Part shown: positions 38,047 through 51,329 of the stretch, in pieces
How positions within the stretch are numbered: the first letter of the stretch is position 1
How the letters are laid out: each line of letters starts with the position of its first letter
NCBI RefSeq assembly: GCF_963921235.1
Contig: NC_086111.1
Coordinates: 28,458,001 to 28,522,000, forward strand
DNA: 64,000 nucleotides
Direction of reading: 5' to 3'
DNA from: Mobula hypostoma
Taxonomy: Eukaryota
Made by a program: the position numbers and the translations under genes
Notes under the pieces: generated by a model
The model's database searches: none
The model's input: the letters and a program-made list of their open reading frames with translations, nothing else
Told to the model about the DNA's origin: nothing

Positions 38047-39828
38047 TGTAACCCAGGTTAATTAAAGCCAAAGATGTAATGTTAGAAGTTTCCACCTGCG
38101 GAGGGATAAAAACAGGGTTTATCAATTTTAAAAAAAAAGAGAATTTGAACAAAAAAACACTATGCAAGTAGAGGCATGACTGACGCAGGTACGGACAAGG
38201 AGAGGAACGCAGCAACGATTGGAAACTGAAGACATGAACTGTCAAAGGTAGAATTAGTAGTGAGTATCTTTACCTTACTAACTAGAAAACCTCAGGGTGA
38301 AACCCCTGGAGGAGAGACAATCGTGATAAACGAGCGGGAGGAGAGAGTGCAACGTGCCGCGCATGTGCAGCCCTCCGGTGAAAAGTGATATCGTATCTGT
38401 TAAATAGGGGCCATGGACAATCCTGATTTGATGGAGACAGACGTGAAAGCACAGAGGAATATCTGGAGAAATTTCTGAAACACCCGTTTGCTGCTGTCGT
38501 TACTGCGCGATTGTGAATCTTCCGGAGGGAAGGCCTCAAAATCCCCGGCTTTGCCTGCTGTTGGTGACCGAGATTGAGGTCGAATCACTTGGATAGAGAT
38601 GGTGCTCGGAGAGCAGATCGGAGGCTCGAAGTTTTTGGATGACTCAGAATCGGACTGTGGTCGGCCATGGCAGGGAGAATTTTTCTTCCTTCTCCGGTCT
38701 GCGTGAGATGTGGAATGTTTGAGAGACTTTGAACTCTTTACTGTGCTCATGGACTGTTCTTCATCAAGTTATGGTATTGTTGCACTGTTGTAACTATATG
38801 TTATAATTATGTGGTTTTGTTAGTTTTTTCAGTCTTGCTCTGTCCTGTGTTTTCTGGTATCACACCAGAGGAAATTTGTATCATTTCTTTAATGCATGCA
38901 TTACTAAATGACAATAAAAGAGGACTGCATGTCTTAATAATCATAAAGTTTTAATGAAGCTGCGGCTATAACAAGCAGGAGCTTTAATGAGACAATATCA
39001 GCAGAGGCGAGAGTCTAAAATCCCTACCGTGTAGTCGGGAATTAGTTCTGTAAAATTATACCAAGGGATTTCATCAAGTTTTGGTACAAGTTTGTGTATT
39101 GACTTGCCGTGGATGATCAACTATTTCATCCAACGAACCAAGAAGGCGAACCACCCAGATGAAGAACCAGTGTGGGAAGAAAATGTGTAATGACGCAGAG
39201 GATTTAATATGGTTGGATTTACAAGTTATTTTCATTCGAGGAATCCAAATTTGATTTTCTGCAAGAACTGATTACTTTTGCAACGACTTTGATAAGTTAC
39301 TGAATGAGATTTGGTTTTTTTAAAGAGTTGTGATGTTGGAGAATTGTCATGAAAGAGATAAACTGTGAATATATAATTTTTGAATTTGAATTTATATTTG
39401 TAGACTTGCCTGGAACTGAAACTGAAGTTAATTATAATACTTAAGAAGAGTAATTATATTTGGTTTTCTAACTAACTAGGGATAAGTAAAAAGGAAAGTT
39501 TAGTCTGTAAACTTTTAAATAAGGAATAACACTAGATCTAGTTAGTTGGAGAAATTGAGTAACAAAGGTTATTCTAATGAATATCACTGAATCAAACTAA
39601 ACAGGAGTTTGGCTTTTGTTGATATCTAAGAGTTGGAACCTAAACAGAATGTTATTTTTTTCTCCTATAAACAAACTTTATTTCCAGAAGTGTGTGGTTT
39701 CTATTCACTGCCTCCTTCCGATACCTAGAACATTCTGATGGCCTATTAGCACCTAGTGTAACTTGATTTTCTCAAAGAGTGCAGTGACCAGTCACACGCA
39801 ATAAGACTGGTGATACACAGGTGTTACA
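38047..39828. mobile_element. Probable solo LTR (~1.1 kb) interrupted by a retroposon
   Basis: Termini TGTAACCC ... GTGTTACA; flanks AATG and AAAG (3/4 match); no ORF. Confidence 0.5.
38283..38946 (+). repeat. Non-autonomous retroposon, longer relative of 23573-24068
   Basis: Shared body and AATAAA-containing tail; CpG-rich 5' part. Confidence 0.75.
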
Positions 39829-40557
39829 AAAGGGATCATTTTAATGCGCATCTATTTGAACTAAGTTAGTCAACAGAAACATCTCTTGTAAGAGTGATTA
39901 GCATGTAACAGAAAGAAAGAAAACAGAAAGAGAAACCTTGTCAAAGATAGGAATAGAGATCCTTCAGGTGGAACATTCTTGAAAAATATATGGTTTTAAA
40001 TATAAATAAATAATGCAAATGCTAGAAATCTGTCAAGAAAACTTGAAAACACAGAAGAACAGTTCTGAACTTCATATCAAAGCAGCAACTTTCAAGCACT
40101 GACCCAAAGAATAGGAGGCATTGGGGATTGCATGGAACTTTGCAACAGATAATCAAGTCATTTGGTTCAACTGACCTGTGCTGGTTTTTATTGCCCCCGC
40201 CTGTGACCAGATTCTTTCCTCTAAGCCAGTTAATGCAAATTCTAATTTCTAATTATGCTAAAGAAAAATCCTTCTGAGTTCTTTATATATTCAGTGGTTT
40301 CCCCAGTTTTAACCTTCTTTGTAAATGGATACTTCCAGATTTACCCAACCAAATCTATTCTTCACAATTAAGATTTCAGTCAAGACCGTTTGGTTATTTT
40401 TTTCCATTAAAGTAGTTCCAGATTGATACTTTTATATTTTTGTCCTTGTCTAGTGCTTCTTTATGATTTGAACTTAGTAGACTGTACTTAGCATTCTCTA
40501 ATACCTCAACATTAAAACAGCAGCAACAGACAGGAGGGTATAAACAGGTACTTGAAG

Positions 40558-41249
40558 CAGACATCCCACCTGTCCCGGAACTTCCGGGAGTCTCCCGCAT
40601 ATTAATAGTGGCTCCCTGATGCCCGCAAATTATATACAATATCACGGAAATCAATTTTTTTGAGAGTGAGTGAGAGAAAAGCAAGCGAGAGCAGGAGAGC
40701 GACCACAAGAGAGAGAGAGCGAGAGAGCGAGCGAGCGAGAAAGCAAACCAGAGTGCGCGAGCGACCACGAGAGCAAGAGAGAGAGAGAGAGCGAGCGAGA
40801 GAGTGAGGGAGAGAGAGAGAGACAGCAAGAAAGCAAGAGAGAGCGAGCAAGAAAGCAAGCGAGAGTGCTTGAGAGCGTGCGAGTGACCTCGAGAGAAAGA
40901 GAGAGCGCGCCATGGCAGGGTGTTCCAAAAAATTATAAAACATACGTCACCCCCGACTACCCTAAAGTGTACCCCTGCCTAATAGGGGTCAAAATAATGA
41001 CAGTGTTGCTCGCTGCACTGTTCGCAACAGTGACTTTTCTATTGCCCGTGGTGGGTTAAGACTGTAAAAGACATGTTGAGGTGAGTTTAGCAGGTGTCAT
41101 TCGTTCATTAGCATAGCTAACGTTATTTAAACTAGCTGGCTAGCTGCGAAGGAGCTTCTCTATTGCAGACATTCCACCTCTCCCGGAAGTCTCCCGCGAA
41201 TTGATGGTGCCACCTCCCTGAAATGAGTTTTTGCAGGGTGGGATGTCTG
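40558..41249. mobile_element. Non-autonomous hAT-like DNA transposon with 6-bp TSD, copy 2
   Basis: 13-bp TIR CAGACATCCCACC; flanks TTGAAG and TTGAGG (5/6 match); collinear with 26323-27016. Confidence 0.9.
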
Positions 41250-41334
41250 TTGAGGACAAAGCTATCTGGATGACAAGATGGCAGGCTGCTACTAGAGGTA
41301 GCCAAATTGGGTCTCATAGAAGGGCCAGAGGAAG

Positions 41335-41887
41335 TTTACGACATGACCCTAACAATGAAAGAGTTAATGTATCAGGAGGGTTTGATGGCTCTGGGCCTGT
41401 ACTCCTTGGAGTTTAGAAGAATGAAGTTTAGGGGGAATCTTATTGAAGCCTACTGACTACTGAATGGTCCAGATAGAGCGTACGTGGAGAGGATGTTTCA
41501 AATAGTGGGAAAGTATAGTAGCAGAGTGCACAGCCATGGAATAGAACAGGGGTACCCAACAAGGGGTCCACAGGTCTGTGGCATAAACAGGGTTAGGGAC
41601 ATCTGGAGTAGAAGGATATCCCTTTAGAACAGAGATGAAAAGAAATATGTTTAGCCAGAGGGTGGTGAATCTGTGGAATTGATTGCCATAGTCAGCTGAG
41701 GAGGCCAAATCATTGCATATTCTTAAGGCAGAGGCTGATAGGTTCTTGATTCGGAACAATGTCAAATGTTTTGGGCAGAAGGCAGGAGAATGGTGTTGGA
41801 GAGGGAAAATAAATCAGCCATGATTGAATGGTGGAGTAGACGTGATGGGCCAAATGGCCTAATTCTGCTCATATGTTTTATGATCTA
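41335..41887 (+). mobile_element. CR1 LINE 3' end
   Basis: LGLYSLEFRR-like coding remnant and CR1 3' UTR ending CCTAATTCTGCTCATATGTTTTATGATCT. Confidence 0.85.
41547..41605. mobile_element. 59-bp hAT MITE nested in CR1; same family as 36832-36910
   Basis: CAGGGGTACCCAAC ... GTTAGGGACATCTG; flanks GAATAGAA and GAGTAGAA (7/8 match). Confidence 0.75.
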
Positions 41888-44800
41888 ATTCACTTGCAAT
41901 ATGCTAATTATCAACTTGACATGTACATAATAAAAGGAATTTGCAAGTTTGCAAAATGTGAAAACAAGCAAATGTTTTACTGTTTCCTTTTGCACTGTAT
42001 CAAGAAAGTTCAAGATAAACCCATTCGTTAAAGCCACACAATTGTACAATAAATTCCTGGGGATTCCTTCTTTATTCGTCATGGACATTCAATTAGCTGG
42101 AGTTTGTAGTGGTTTTCTTATAACCCTTTTGGTATCATCCTAACCAAAAGCAAATGGAGTGCCACTACCTGATATAGATTGTTAGATACACTTCCAACTT
42201 GAGCAAATCAGGAAGTCTCACTAGCATTCTTAAACTGAACTTCCAGTTTTGTGCCCTTGGGTTCTTAGCTTTGAAACACAGATCCATTTTATAGAATGGA
42301 TGAACAGTTCCGTAACAACAATACCACCAAAGATTGTGACCTAATCAGTTTTTTGTTTGTTATTGCTTGTAAGACAATTCTACCAGGCAACATTTACATC
42401 AGTCTAATGAATTGAACCTGTAGTGAAATTGACCTGACATTGATGAGACAGCTATTGGGAAAAAAAATCACTGCACATTAAACACAAAGGGAGTGCCAAA
42501 AACTATTGATGATATACAAAGCTTAAAAAAAGGATTTTTCTTCTAAATGACCTCTTGCAGCTAACAGTTTCTCCTTAAATCATTATGAAACCATTGAAAC
42601 ATTCGTTGATTTATTACATTCAGATATTCTATTGAAGACTAAATGAGAAAGACATTGAGCATTACTTCAGATCTCTCTGATAACTTATTAACCTAATTAT
42701 CCATTGTAATGTTAATGGTGCCTGTGAGGAAAGAAATATTGGAAATCGAAATGTCAATTTGTTCACAAAATCCACCTGCTGGAAAGTGCAAGCTGAGACA
42801 TTCTAAAGTCTTGAAGTTATTCAAAGTGATTTGTTCATTGTGATGTCCTCCACCCTTCATCACCTAACACATCCCAACTAACATCCATTTTTCCCATGTT
42901 GATACAACTGGCTGTTAAAATTCTCAAAGTTGAAGCCACTAATGTGCCACTTCAAATATTGGGTATAATCAAATGAGGGCACAACTCAAATAGGAGCAGT
43001 ATATTATGTTCTGTAAATTGACACCAGGAAGATACACATTCATACATACCATTCCAACAATCCATTTACTCCTACTCATTTCTTCACCAAGCTGGACATA
43101 CAGTATAGTACATATTTAATCACTCCCTTAAGATCCTCTCAAATTCAGCTTGCCAGAAAAGAAAGAAGTTGATGAGGATATAAAAGAAATCCAAATACAG
43201 TATTCAACCAGCCCTGCTATATGCATAGCTTTCTCATCTTAGAATAAGCACAGCTTCACCTAGTAACACAGCCGATCCCAGGGAGTAGCCGTCCTTCCTT
43301 AAATATGGTGTCCTAAATTAAATCCAGAATTTGGGCTTGCCCAAAATTTCAGCATAGCCTTCTTGTGCCTCTGTGTATATGGACTTTCTCACAGTGATGC
43401 ATACCAAGTCAAACATCACTTACTGCTGGAGGATCATCAGCTTGATGATAGGCATGCTTTGATCTCCCATTACACCGACATGCCCATTAGTGAATGCTGT
43501 AGCTTGGCAGATTCTAGTCTGCAGGATACACAGACACTTGATGCAGTCAATGCAATGTCTATAGGGAAGGATTGCAATCTAAGAACCTACTATTACTGAG
43601 AAGCAGTGTCCTCTGCAGCACTCCACCTCTCCCCAAAATATTTGGAGAACTTCTTGTGACATGGGTACTTCATACATTAAATATATCAATTTGGTAATAT
43701 ATCAATGACTTGACAAAACTATAAATGTAAAGTAAGCCATTATTCCGAGCATGAATCTTTAATGAACAAAGTTAATTTTTGACATGAGAAAAACAGTTAA
43801 CTATGTGTGTTTTTTAAAGAGTTAATTAACTTGACTTGCCATTTTCAAGGATTTGTTTTGAGGGGAACAGTGGGTTTGCATTCAAGAAAATGGTCTGTAT
43901 CACAATTTTCCATAATGTGAAGCTGCATCATCTGAGCACACTTCAGGTTATGAGAGTAGAAGATAAACTGTGTTTATTTACTTTAGTTTCTCCACATAAG
44001 ATCCCCAAGAGTAAATTTTATTCCATATCTCAAAATTTTACTTTGTGATTTTTGGGACTTTTGTAGAGGTGAATCTCCTTTAGCCAAGAGGTTGTAATGT
44101 GTGGATGCCTTTGTATTTATACTAAAGTCCAGAGGCTTCTGGACCTCCTTTTTAAACAGTACTATTTAGGTTATGGTATCTCACCCTAACTATCGTACCC
44201 AAAATGTATCCTTCTTATTAGTATAAAGTGTAAATTTAAAAATTGCACTTTTTTTTAAAGAACAAAAAGCTTGAATCTACTAACGTGCATTTTACGGATG
44301 AAATAACTGTCCAATAAATAAATGCAACATTAGACCTTTTAATAAGAGATAATTCAGAGTATGAACAGTCTTAAGAACCACTATAGGGAAAGGAAATTCA
44401 AAGGAAGTGCAGCACAAATCCACAGGGATGATGTCATGGGTGGAAAATGAGTTATGAGATGCTGAAATACTTGTCACTTAAGTGGATGATAAAGGATTTT
44501 CAGAAGATTTTAAATCATGAAAGGCTTTTTAAAGTTATATTAGTTGGGAAGTGAGTGACAAGGCAAAATTTAAAAACAATTTTTGCAAAGCAAATCTCAA
44601 GAGTCATATTACAAGAGCATCATAGACCTGATGGAATGAATAACTTTAACTATATTAATCTTTGGCATTCCAATTTCAGTAGAAAGGCTTTTGTTCAAAC
44701 AGGAGGAGCTACTTGTTTTACTCCCACCCTCACCCCAACACACAAACAAGAAAATATGTTGTTCCAGTACAGCGAAAAATCGATGAGGCACTTGCAGATA

Positions 44801-46374
44801 TAAAGTGATTTCCTGGTATGGACTAACCCAGTACATGTTGCTTATTTACACAAGGCACATTTAGATAGATCATGGGATTGTGCCTAAAGATGCCCGTCAC
44901 ATCAAAGCTTAAGATCAGTAAATGAACAACTCAGCTGTGAATGATTTTTGTGAAAATATTTTAATTCATTGATTGATGCTAAATCTATTCTTTAAAATGT
45001 AAATAGCATTGTAGAAATCTCTGATGAAGCAAATTGCTTTGAAGATCTCCACGGGAACAAGTACAATTAAATCTCTGTAATGGAGATGGAGTTTCAAGTA
45101 ATGCAGAAACTCATAACACAAGTATAATTGGAGGTCACATTTTGTAGTTGCCCCATGTGTGTGAGGGTTTGCTGAAAAACGGTGGAAGGGTGCAAAATCA
45201 TAGCAAGTGAAAATGAAGTAAAAAAAATAATTCATTAATCTTTCCTGCTGTCTGTCAGCTTGCAATGATCAATTATGTAAATTCAACTTGAGTCAAGTAC
45301 AAGCATTGTAGTCTCTAGATGTGCCATAATAGAAAACAGTTGCTGAACACTTAAATTGCTCAACTAAGTGCATATCAAGACACCCCCCCCACTCTGCTGT
45401 AACCACACACTCAAGTATTTCATCACAACCTTATATATCCAAAAGCAATCAATTAGAATCAAGGATTCACATTTAAAGTGTAACATTTGTGGTTGCAGAA
45501 GAAAGTGTGGCAGATAATTTACATGTAGCAGGGGCCCGCAAACAGCCAATTAATGAATACAACCTCAGCCAACCCCACTGAATCCATGTGGTTCTGAAAT
45601 CAGTCCAAGCAACTACTCACACTCTGTATACATCATGCTCTAAAAGATACCCAATATTGCGGCTTTCACTAAAATGTAAGCCAACATTGTATCCACAAGT
45701 CTAATGCTCTGAGAGACAGTAATGTTTGGGCAGGTTTTATATGGAGCAGAGTAAAACAAGATTTCATCAAAGTGTATGAAAAGCTGAACAAGAAAACAAA
45801 ATTCTCTTGGCAAAGTGAATTAACTGAGGGTGGGAGCTGGGGAAAGTGAAGCTAGAAGATATCACATACAAATTACTTGGCCAAAAATAGAGAAGATGGA
45901 GTTAAGGAAAAATCTATAAATCTACATATTTCCCTGAAAGTATGGTAGACCCTTGCGACATTTAAAATGAACCTGGACGAACACTTGAACTGCGTGGCTA
46001 CAGAGCTGAAATGGAATAGCCAAAAACAGCTTTTTGTCTTCCATGGGTACAATAAGCCAAATCATGTCCTTCTGTTCTGTAATTTTTTTAATGATTTTAT
46101 GATAAGTAGTATGAACCAAGTCAAAGTGACATTTTGCATCTGCTGTCTAAAGTGAGCAACTTCAATCACATTCAGTGATCCTGACCACACCAGCATTGCC
46201 TAAACAATAGGATTATGTTCAAGCATATTAACTTGCAGCTATTGAATCTTATTATGGGTAGGACATGTGTAATTTCAAACTGATGAAGTATTGGAATTAA
46301 TAAATTTAAAAACCAATGACTGAATTTTACTCATTTTAGACTCCTTGATGAAGGTCACTGCATCTCTTGTATCA

Positions 46375-46705
46375 TATTGAAAGTCCTAGAAAGAGTGGGA
46401 GAAGATGGTTCCTATTGGGGGGGCATCTGGGAGAAGAAGCTACAACCTCAGAATAGAAGGACATGTCTTTAGAACAGAGATAACAAGGAATTTCTTTAAC
46501 TAGATGGTAGTGAATCAGTGGAGTTCATTACAACAGATGGTTGTGGAAGCCAAATATTGGGTATATTTAAAGCGGAGGTTGGAAAGTGTTTGATTAGTAA
46601 GGGTGTCAAAGATTATGGAGAGAAGGCAGGAGAATGGGGTTGAGAGGGAAAATAAATCAGCCATGATGGAATGGTGGAGCAGACTCGATGGTCTGAACAG
46701 CCTAT
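46375..46705 (+). mobile_element. CR1 LINE 3' end
   Basis: Homologous to 41460-41860. Confidence 0.85.
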
Positions 46706-46857
46706 TGAAAATTTACCTCTTATGTTCACATCTCCAAACAACTCTTCTTTATTTTTATTCACTTATGTCTCTGCAGATTATCTGAGATCTTCATCCACGT
46801 GGAATGTGGTTTAATGAGGTGTTTTCATTTTGAAATTTGCATTTTACTAGAGGATAA

Positions 46858-46985
46858 AGAGTGGTCCTGATGAAGGGACTCGACCCAAAGTTTGACTTTC
46901 CACGTTCCTTCTCTGATACTCTCCCTGACCCACAAGGTTCCGACAGCTTTTTGTTTATTCAGACTCCAGCATCCACAGTCTCTTC
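46858..46985 (+). mobile_element. Solo Penelope pLTR with hammerhead remnant
   Basis: GGTC-CTGATGA(46867-46873)-A-GGG-ACTCGA-CCC-AAAG-TTT-GACT, then the pLTR tail. Confidence 0.75.
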
Positions 46986-47794
46986 CATTATAGTTTAATT
47001 TCTATTCTTCAACACATACCATTTGTTACTTGTCTCTTAATGTGTTTCGGTGAACAAGGTCCTGTAAAACGTCCCAGGGTGTTTTATAATAATTGAGTTC
47101 CCCTAGAAATTCAGTCAGTAGCTCTCAGTATGTACAACAACAATGCATTACACTCGAGTTCCTAATTAATTTAAAGGTAGAATGCAATGTGCTATGGCTA
47201 TGTTAGAGGGAGTTTGGCACTTTGAATGAGAATGGATTTCTAGGCCACAATATAATTGTATTTTTCTATGACAGCTTTTCTTTGAAACACCATTTGTTTC
47301 CAGTGAATGATTGTTAAATGCTACCTATTTTGAGACCTGCAAGTGTCTCCATAACTAGGAGCAATCAAATATTGTATTGATTTTCTTTTTTAGGTTTTGA
47401 TGCCGATTATTGTGTAACTGGTTCTGTAGGTCATTTTGGTATTCAAAAATGGGGTATTAAGCAAGAACTTTTAAGTTACGATTCAAGATTCATTAACAAC
47501 AAATTCAAAAGTTACTGGAGTATTATCGATCCGCTGTAAGGATTAGCATTGGATTGGTTTTGAAGTCAATTTTTCTTTTACCAATTCCATGCTGTAACTA
47601 TGACACAGAAGAAAATATTCAAACAATGAGGATGAGTCACAAATATTGAGCTTCTCATTTGTGCTGCTCCTTGGAAGAACTAAATATATAGCAAGCACAT
47701 TTTTTGATTGTAAAGCTTCCATCAATTAAGGTTTCCTATAGAAATCATAAAAAACATCAAAAAAATGTTTCTACCCCACTCAACCTATAGAAAA

Positions 47795-48230
47795 GATAGC
47801 AATAAGATTGAAATTGTACAAAGGGAATTTACATGATATTGCTGGGACTTGAGTTACAGGGAAAGGTTGGATAGGTTAGGGCCTTACTCTCTGGAGCATA
47901 GAAGAATGAGGGAAGATTTGACAAAGGTATACAAAATTATAAGCGGTATAGCTAGGGTTAATGCAAGCAGGCCTTCTTACTGAGGTTGAGTGAAACTGGA
48001 ACTAGAGGTCATATGTTAATAGTGAGGGGTGAAATATTTCAGGGGAACCTGAGGGGTACTTCTTCACTCTGAGGTTAATGCGAACGTGGAACAAGTTGCC
48101 AGCTAAAGTCATGGATGCAAGTATAGAAAGCTATATGTGCCGGTCGATTAGACTCGGCAGTGTAACAGTTTGACAAGAAATAGATGGGTCAAAGACATGT
48201 TTCTATGTTGTAGTGCTCTATGACTCTATG
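47795..48230 (+). mobile_element. CR1 LINE 3' end
   Basis: LGPYSLEHRRMREDLTKVYKII and TRGH motifs; tail CTCTATGACTCTATG. Confidence 0.85.
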
Positions 48231-48689
48231 CTTTAGCTGCAGTATAAATCATCATACAGTCACCTTTACATGTAGGTCCTTCAGCCCACCAGTACCACAT
48301 TAACCAATAAGCACTCACTTGTAATAATTATGTACCAATTACATTCAATTATCCCATCACCTGTCCTATTCCTGTACCAGGAACACTAGGAGTAATTTAG
48401 TGGCCAATTAAAAAAAAAACCCAAGTATCTTAGGGATTTAGGGAGCAGTCACAGGAAAAAGAATGTACAACCTCCATTCAAACAGCACTCAGGATTGAGC
48501 TTTAACTGCTCGAGCTTTGAGGCAGCACCTCTTCCAGCTGTACCACTGTGCCATTTGGCTATAAAAATCAACCACGGCCAGCTCTAAAACCAACATCAAC
48601 ATGCGCAAATGTCTAGAGAAACAACTGAACAGGAGGCAGATGTGCACTTGAAACAAGCCTTTCCATGCTCACCAGGTGCTGTGCATCTA

Positions 48690-49050
48690 GTGGCATATTA
48701 TTAAAGTCTGGTCACTTCTGAAATGCAGGAAATGCAATATCCAAATTGCACACAGCAAGGCCCACAGACAGTGTTGTGATTGTAACTTTATGTTGTAAAA
48801 TGATCTTGTTTGAAAGAGAAATGGCAAGCCTTAATTCTGCTTTAAAGTAGTATCTGAAAACAGAAAGGCACCTCACCTTGATTGCTCATTTGATAGACAA
48901 TTCCCAGCCTCCCTTGAGGACACCTAGTACTCATTAGGTTATGATCATGCAAAATACCTTGGAATACCATAATGGGAGCACTATCAGCACAAAGAGAACA
49001 GTAGCACATCCATGGAACAATGAGACTGGAGAATACAGTCTTTGACACAA
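48690..49050 (-). mobile_element. Old Deu-domain SINE remnant
   Basis: Reverse complement CTGTCTGTGGGCCTTGCTGTGTGCAATTTGG..GCATTTCCTGCATT matches the recalled Deu domain. Confidence 0.55.
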
Positions 49051-49534
49051 CCCATTCACTTTTTCCATTGTTTTAATGATCTCAGTATTTTGTCTCTTTG
49101 CTTCCAACTTGTGAAAATTGTCCTTCCAAGTTTATAACAAAATTCTTCCATTCTGAACATCTCCATCAAATTTCCTTGCAGCCTTCGGTCCTAAAGGGTT
49201 CCAATTTTTCTACTTCTCACACTTGAATCTCAATATCATCCCCCCTATCAACCCTTCACCCATTGAATTCTCCAACATTTTGCTTGTTTTTGCTTCATAT
49301 CGCAGCATTGATAGTCTCTTGTGCCTCTTGTAAATATACATATATTTAGGGTGTTTAAGACTTTTGCACAGTACTGTATTTGTCAATCTGATCAACACGG
49401 AATGTCTCCCTTGTCCTTCCCACTCCTTCCCCTCTCCCTTCCCTTTTCCCAACCATGATTTCCTTCTCCCTGCCCCCTTCCCACTCTCAGTCCACAATAA
49501 AGACCCATATCAGTGAAGCATGACATAGGTTCCC

Positions 49535-50086
49535 TGCCGGCTTGAGGCTGTCTTTCTGCAAATGGAGTTGGTGATCTGGCTAGAATTACTGGAATCGTCT
49601 GTGCTGAGAAGTACAAATATATTCTCATCCATCACGCAATACCATCAGGGTTCCAACTTCATTCTACAGCAGGACAATGATCCCAAAACCATAAAGAACT
49701 ATCCTCAATGTAAAGAAGAACAAGGGGTTCTGCAATAGATGGCCTGGCCTTCACAGAGCCTTGGACTCAACGTCATCGAGGCTATTTGGGATTATCTGAA
49801 GCAAACGAGACAGCCAAAGTCTGCAAAAGAACTGTGGCAAGTTCTCCAAGATGCTTGGATGAACCTACTAGATGATTTTCTTATAAAACTGCATGATTGT
49901 GTACCTAAGAGAATTGATGCTGTTTTAAAGGCAAAGGGTGATCACACCAAATATTGATATGATTTAGCTTTTAAACTGTATACTGCTTTTTTATTTTTTT
50001 ATATTTAGAAACTTTTAATTTCATTAGTTTTGAAAGCATCTTCACTTTATAGATTTTTTTTACATGTGCCTAAGACTTTTGCACAT
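49535..50086 (+). mobile_element. Tc1 transposon 3' half (transposase DDE region and TIR)
   Basis: FILQQDNDPK, MAWPSQSLGLNVIEAIWDYL and KRIDAVLKAKGDHTKY-stop (49957); TIR GTGCCTAAGACTTTTGCACA at ~50066-50085. Confidence 0.9.
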
Positions 50087-51329
50087 ATACACATATATAC
50101 TTACATGTATTGCATTGTACTGTTGCTGCAAAACAACAAATTTCATGACATATGTCAGTGATATATGGATTCTGATTATATATATAAATTGGACAAATTC
50201 AACAGCAGAATTCTTTTCATTAATGTATCTATGAGAATGACTCAATTTTAAAACTTTCTGCTAATTTCCTTTACCAAATAATGGATTTCTAATGCATTGT
50301 CTCTTGATCTAATCTCTGTGTAATGGTGTGGCTATAGATAATAATTATAGTAGTTGATTTGTAATGAAGCGACTTTATACATTAAAAATGTGAACATGGA
50401 GCCAAAGAAATCAACGTTGTAAAGGGTGATCAGTATCTCGGCAGCAGATAGCATACAAAAAAAAAATGATTTCTGGGAATTGTTATGAAAGGACAGACTG
50501 GTAGAAGAGGCTTAGATAAGAAGAAGATCTTTTGTTGTAGAGGATGGTATTGTTGTGTTTGGATGCAAAATCCTACAATAAGAGAGAAAAGCATAAATTA
50601 AAGTGGATTAAAGCAGGGATCAAAATGTTTTGATCTCAGAGACTGAGACAATACAAATAAAGACCAGAGTGTATTTGGTGGTAGATTGGTGATAGATAGG
50701 ATACAGAGAGAAGAGATTTGCATGAGCCAAAATTTTTTTGGAGGATCGAAGATGGGAAACTGGCCTTGGGTTGAGTTTGAAGATGAGACAAAGATATGGG
50801 TGAGGTCTTCATTAAAAAATTAGCTCACATGGGGATGGCAATGAAGAATTGGGAGGAAATTAAGGTTTTTGAGATAGAGAAGTCAATGCGTTCAGTGTCA
50901 TTTGGGATGTGATGGTGTACAGCCTGTATGTGAGGAGTGTGCAATAAACAGAAATAGCTATGGAGGAATGGACTCAAGAAATTGTCAATAATTTTGTGGT
51001 AGGGATCTGAATGTATACTGGACATAATTGTGATAATTTTCATCAGTTGTGGCGAAATCAACAACGGCAAAATAGAAAGGAATGGAATTGGAAGAGGACC
51101 ATGTGATTTACATGGTAAAGGTTGCGTAGAGGCCATGAAGGAATAAAACTCTGAAACAACTTTTATGAAGAACGGTACTTAAGAGTTTTTGGAAGAAGAT
51201 CAAGTATTCATTGAAATGGATTGAGATGGATTTACAATTATGTTATAACTTTAGGTCACCTTTTTAAAACAGGCATATATGTTAATTGATCTTGACATTT
51301 GAGCATGAAACTGAGTCTGATGTGAATGA

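Noticed and set aside
26323-41249. Segmental duplication or composite transposon spanning 15 kb
   Set aside because: Each copy has its own distinct TSD and the flanks are unrelated.
44768-44815. Terminal exon QRKIDEALADIK-stop
   Set aside because: Too short, with no supporting upstream exons.
50700-51140. 103-aa minus-strand ORF
   Set aside because: No recognisable motif; probably decayed repeat sequence that I cannot assign.
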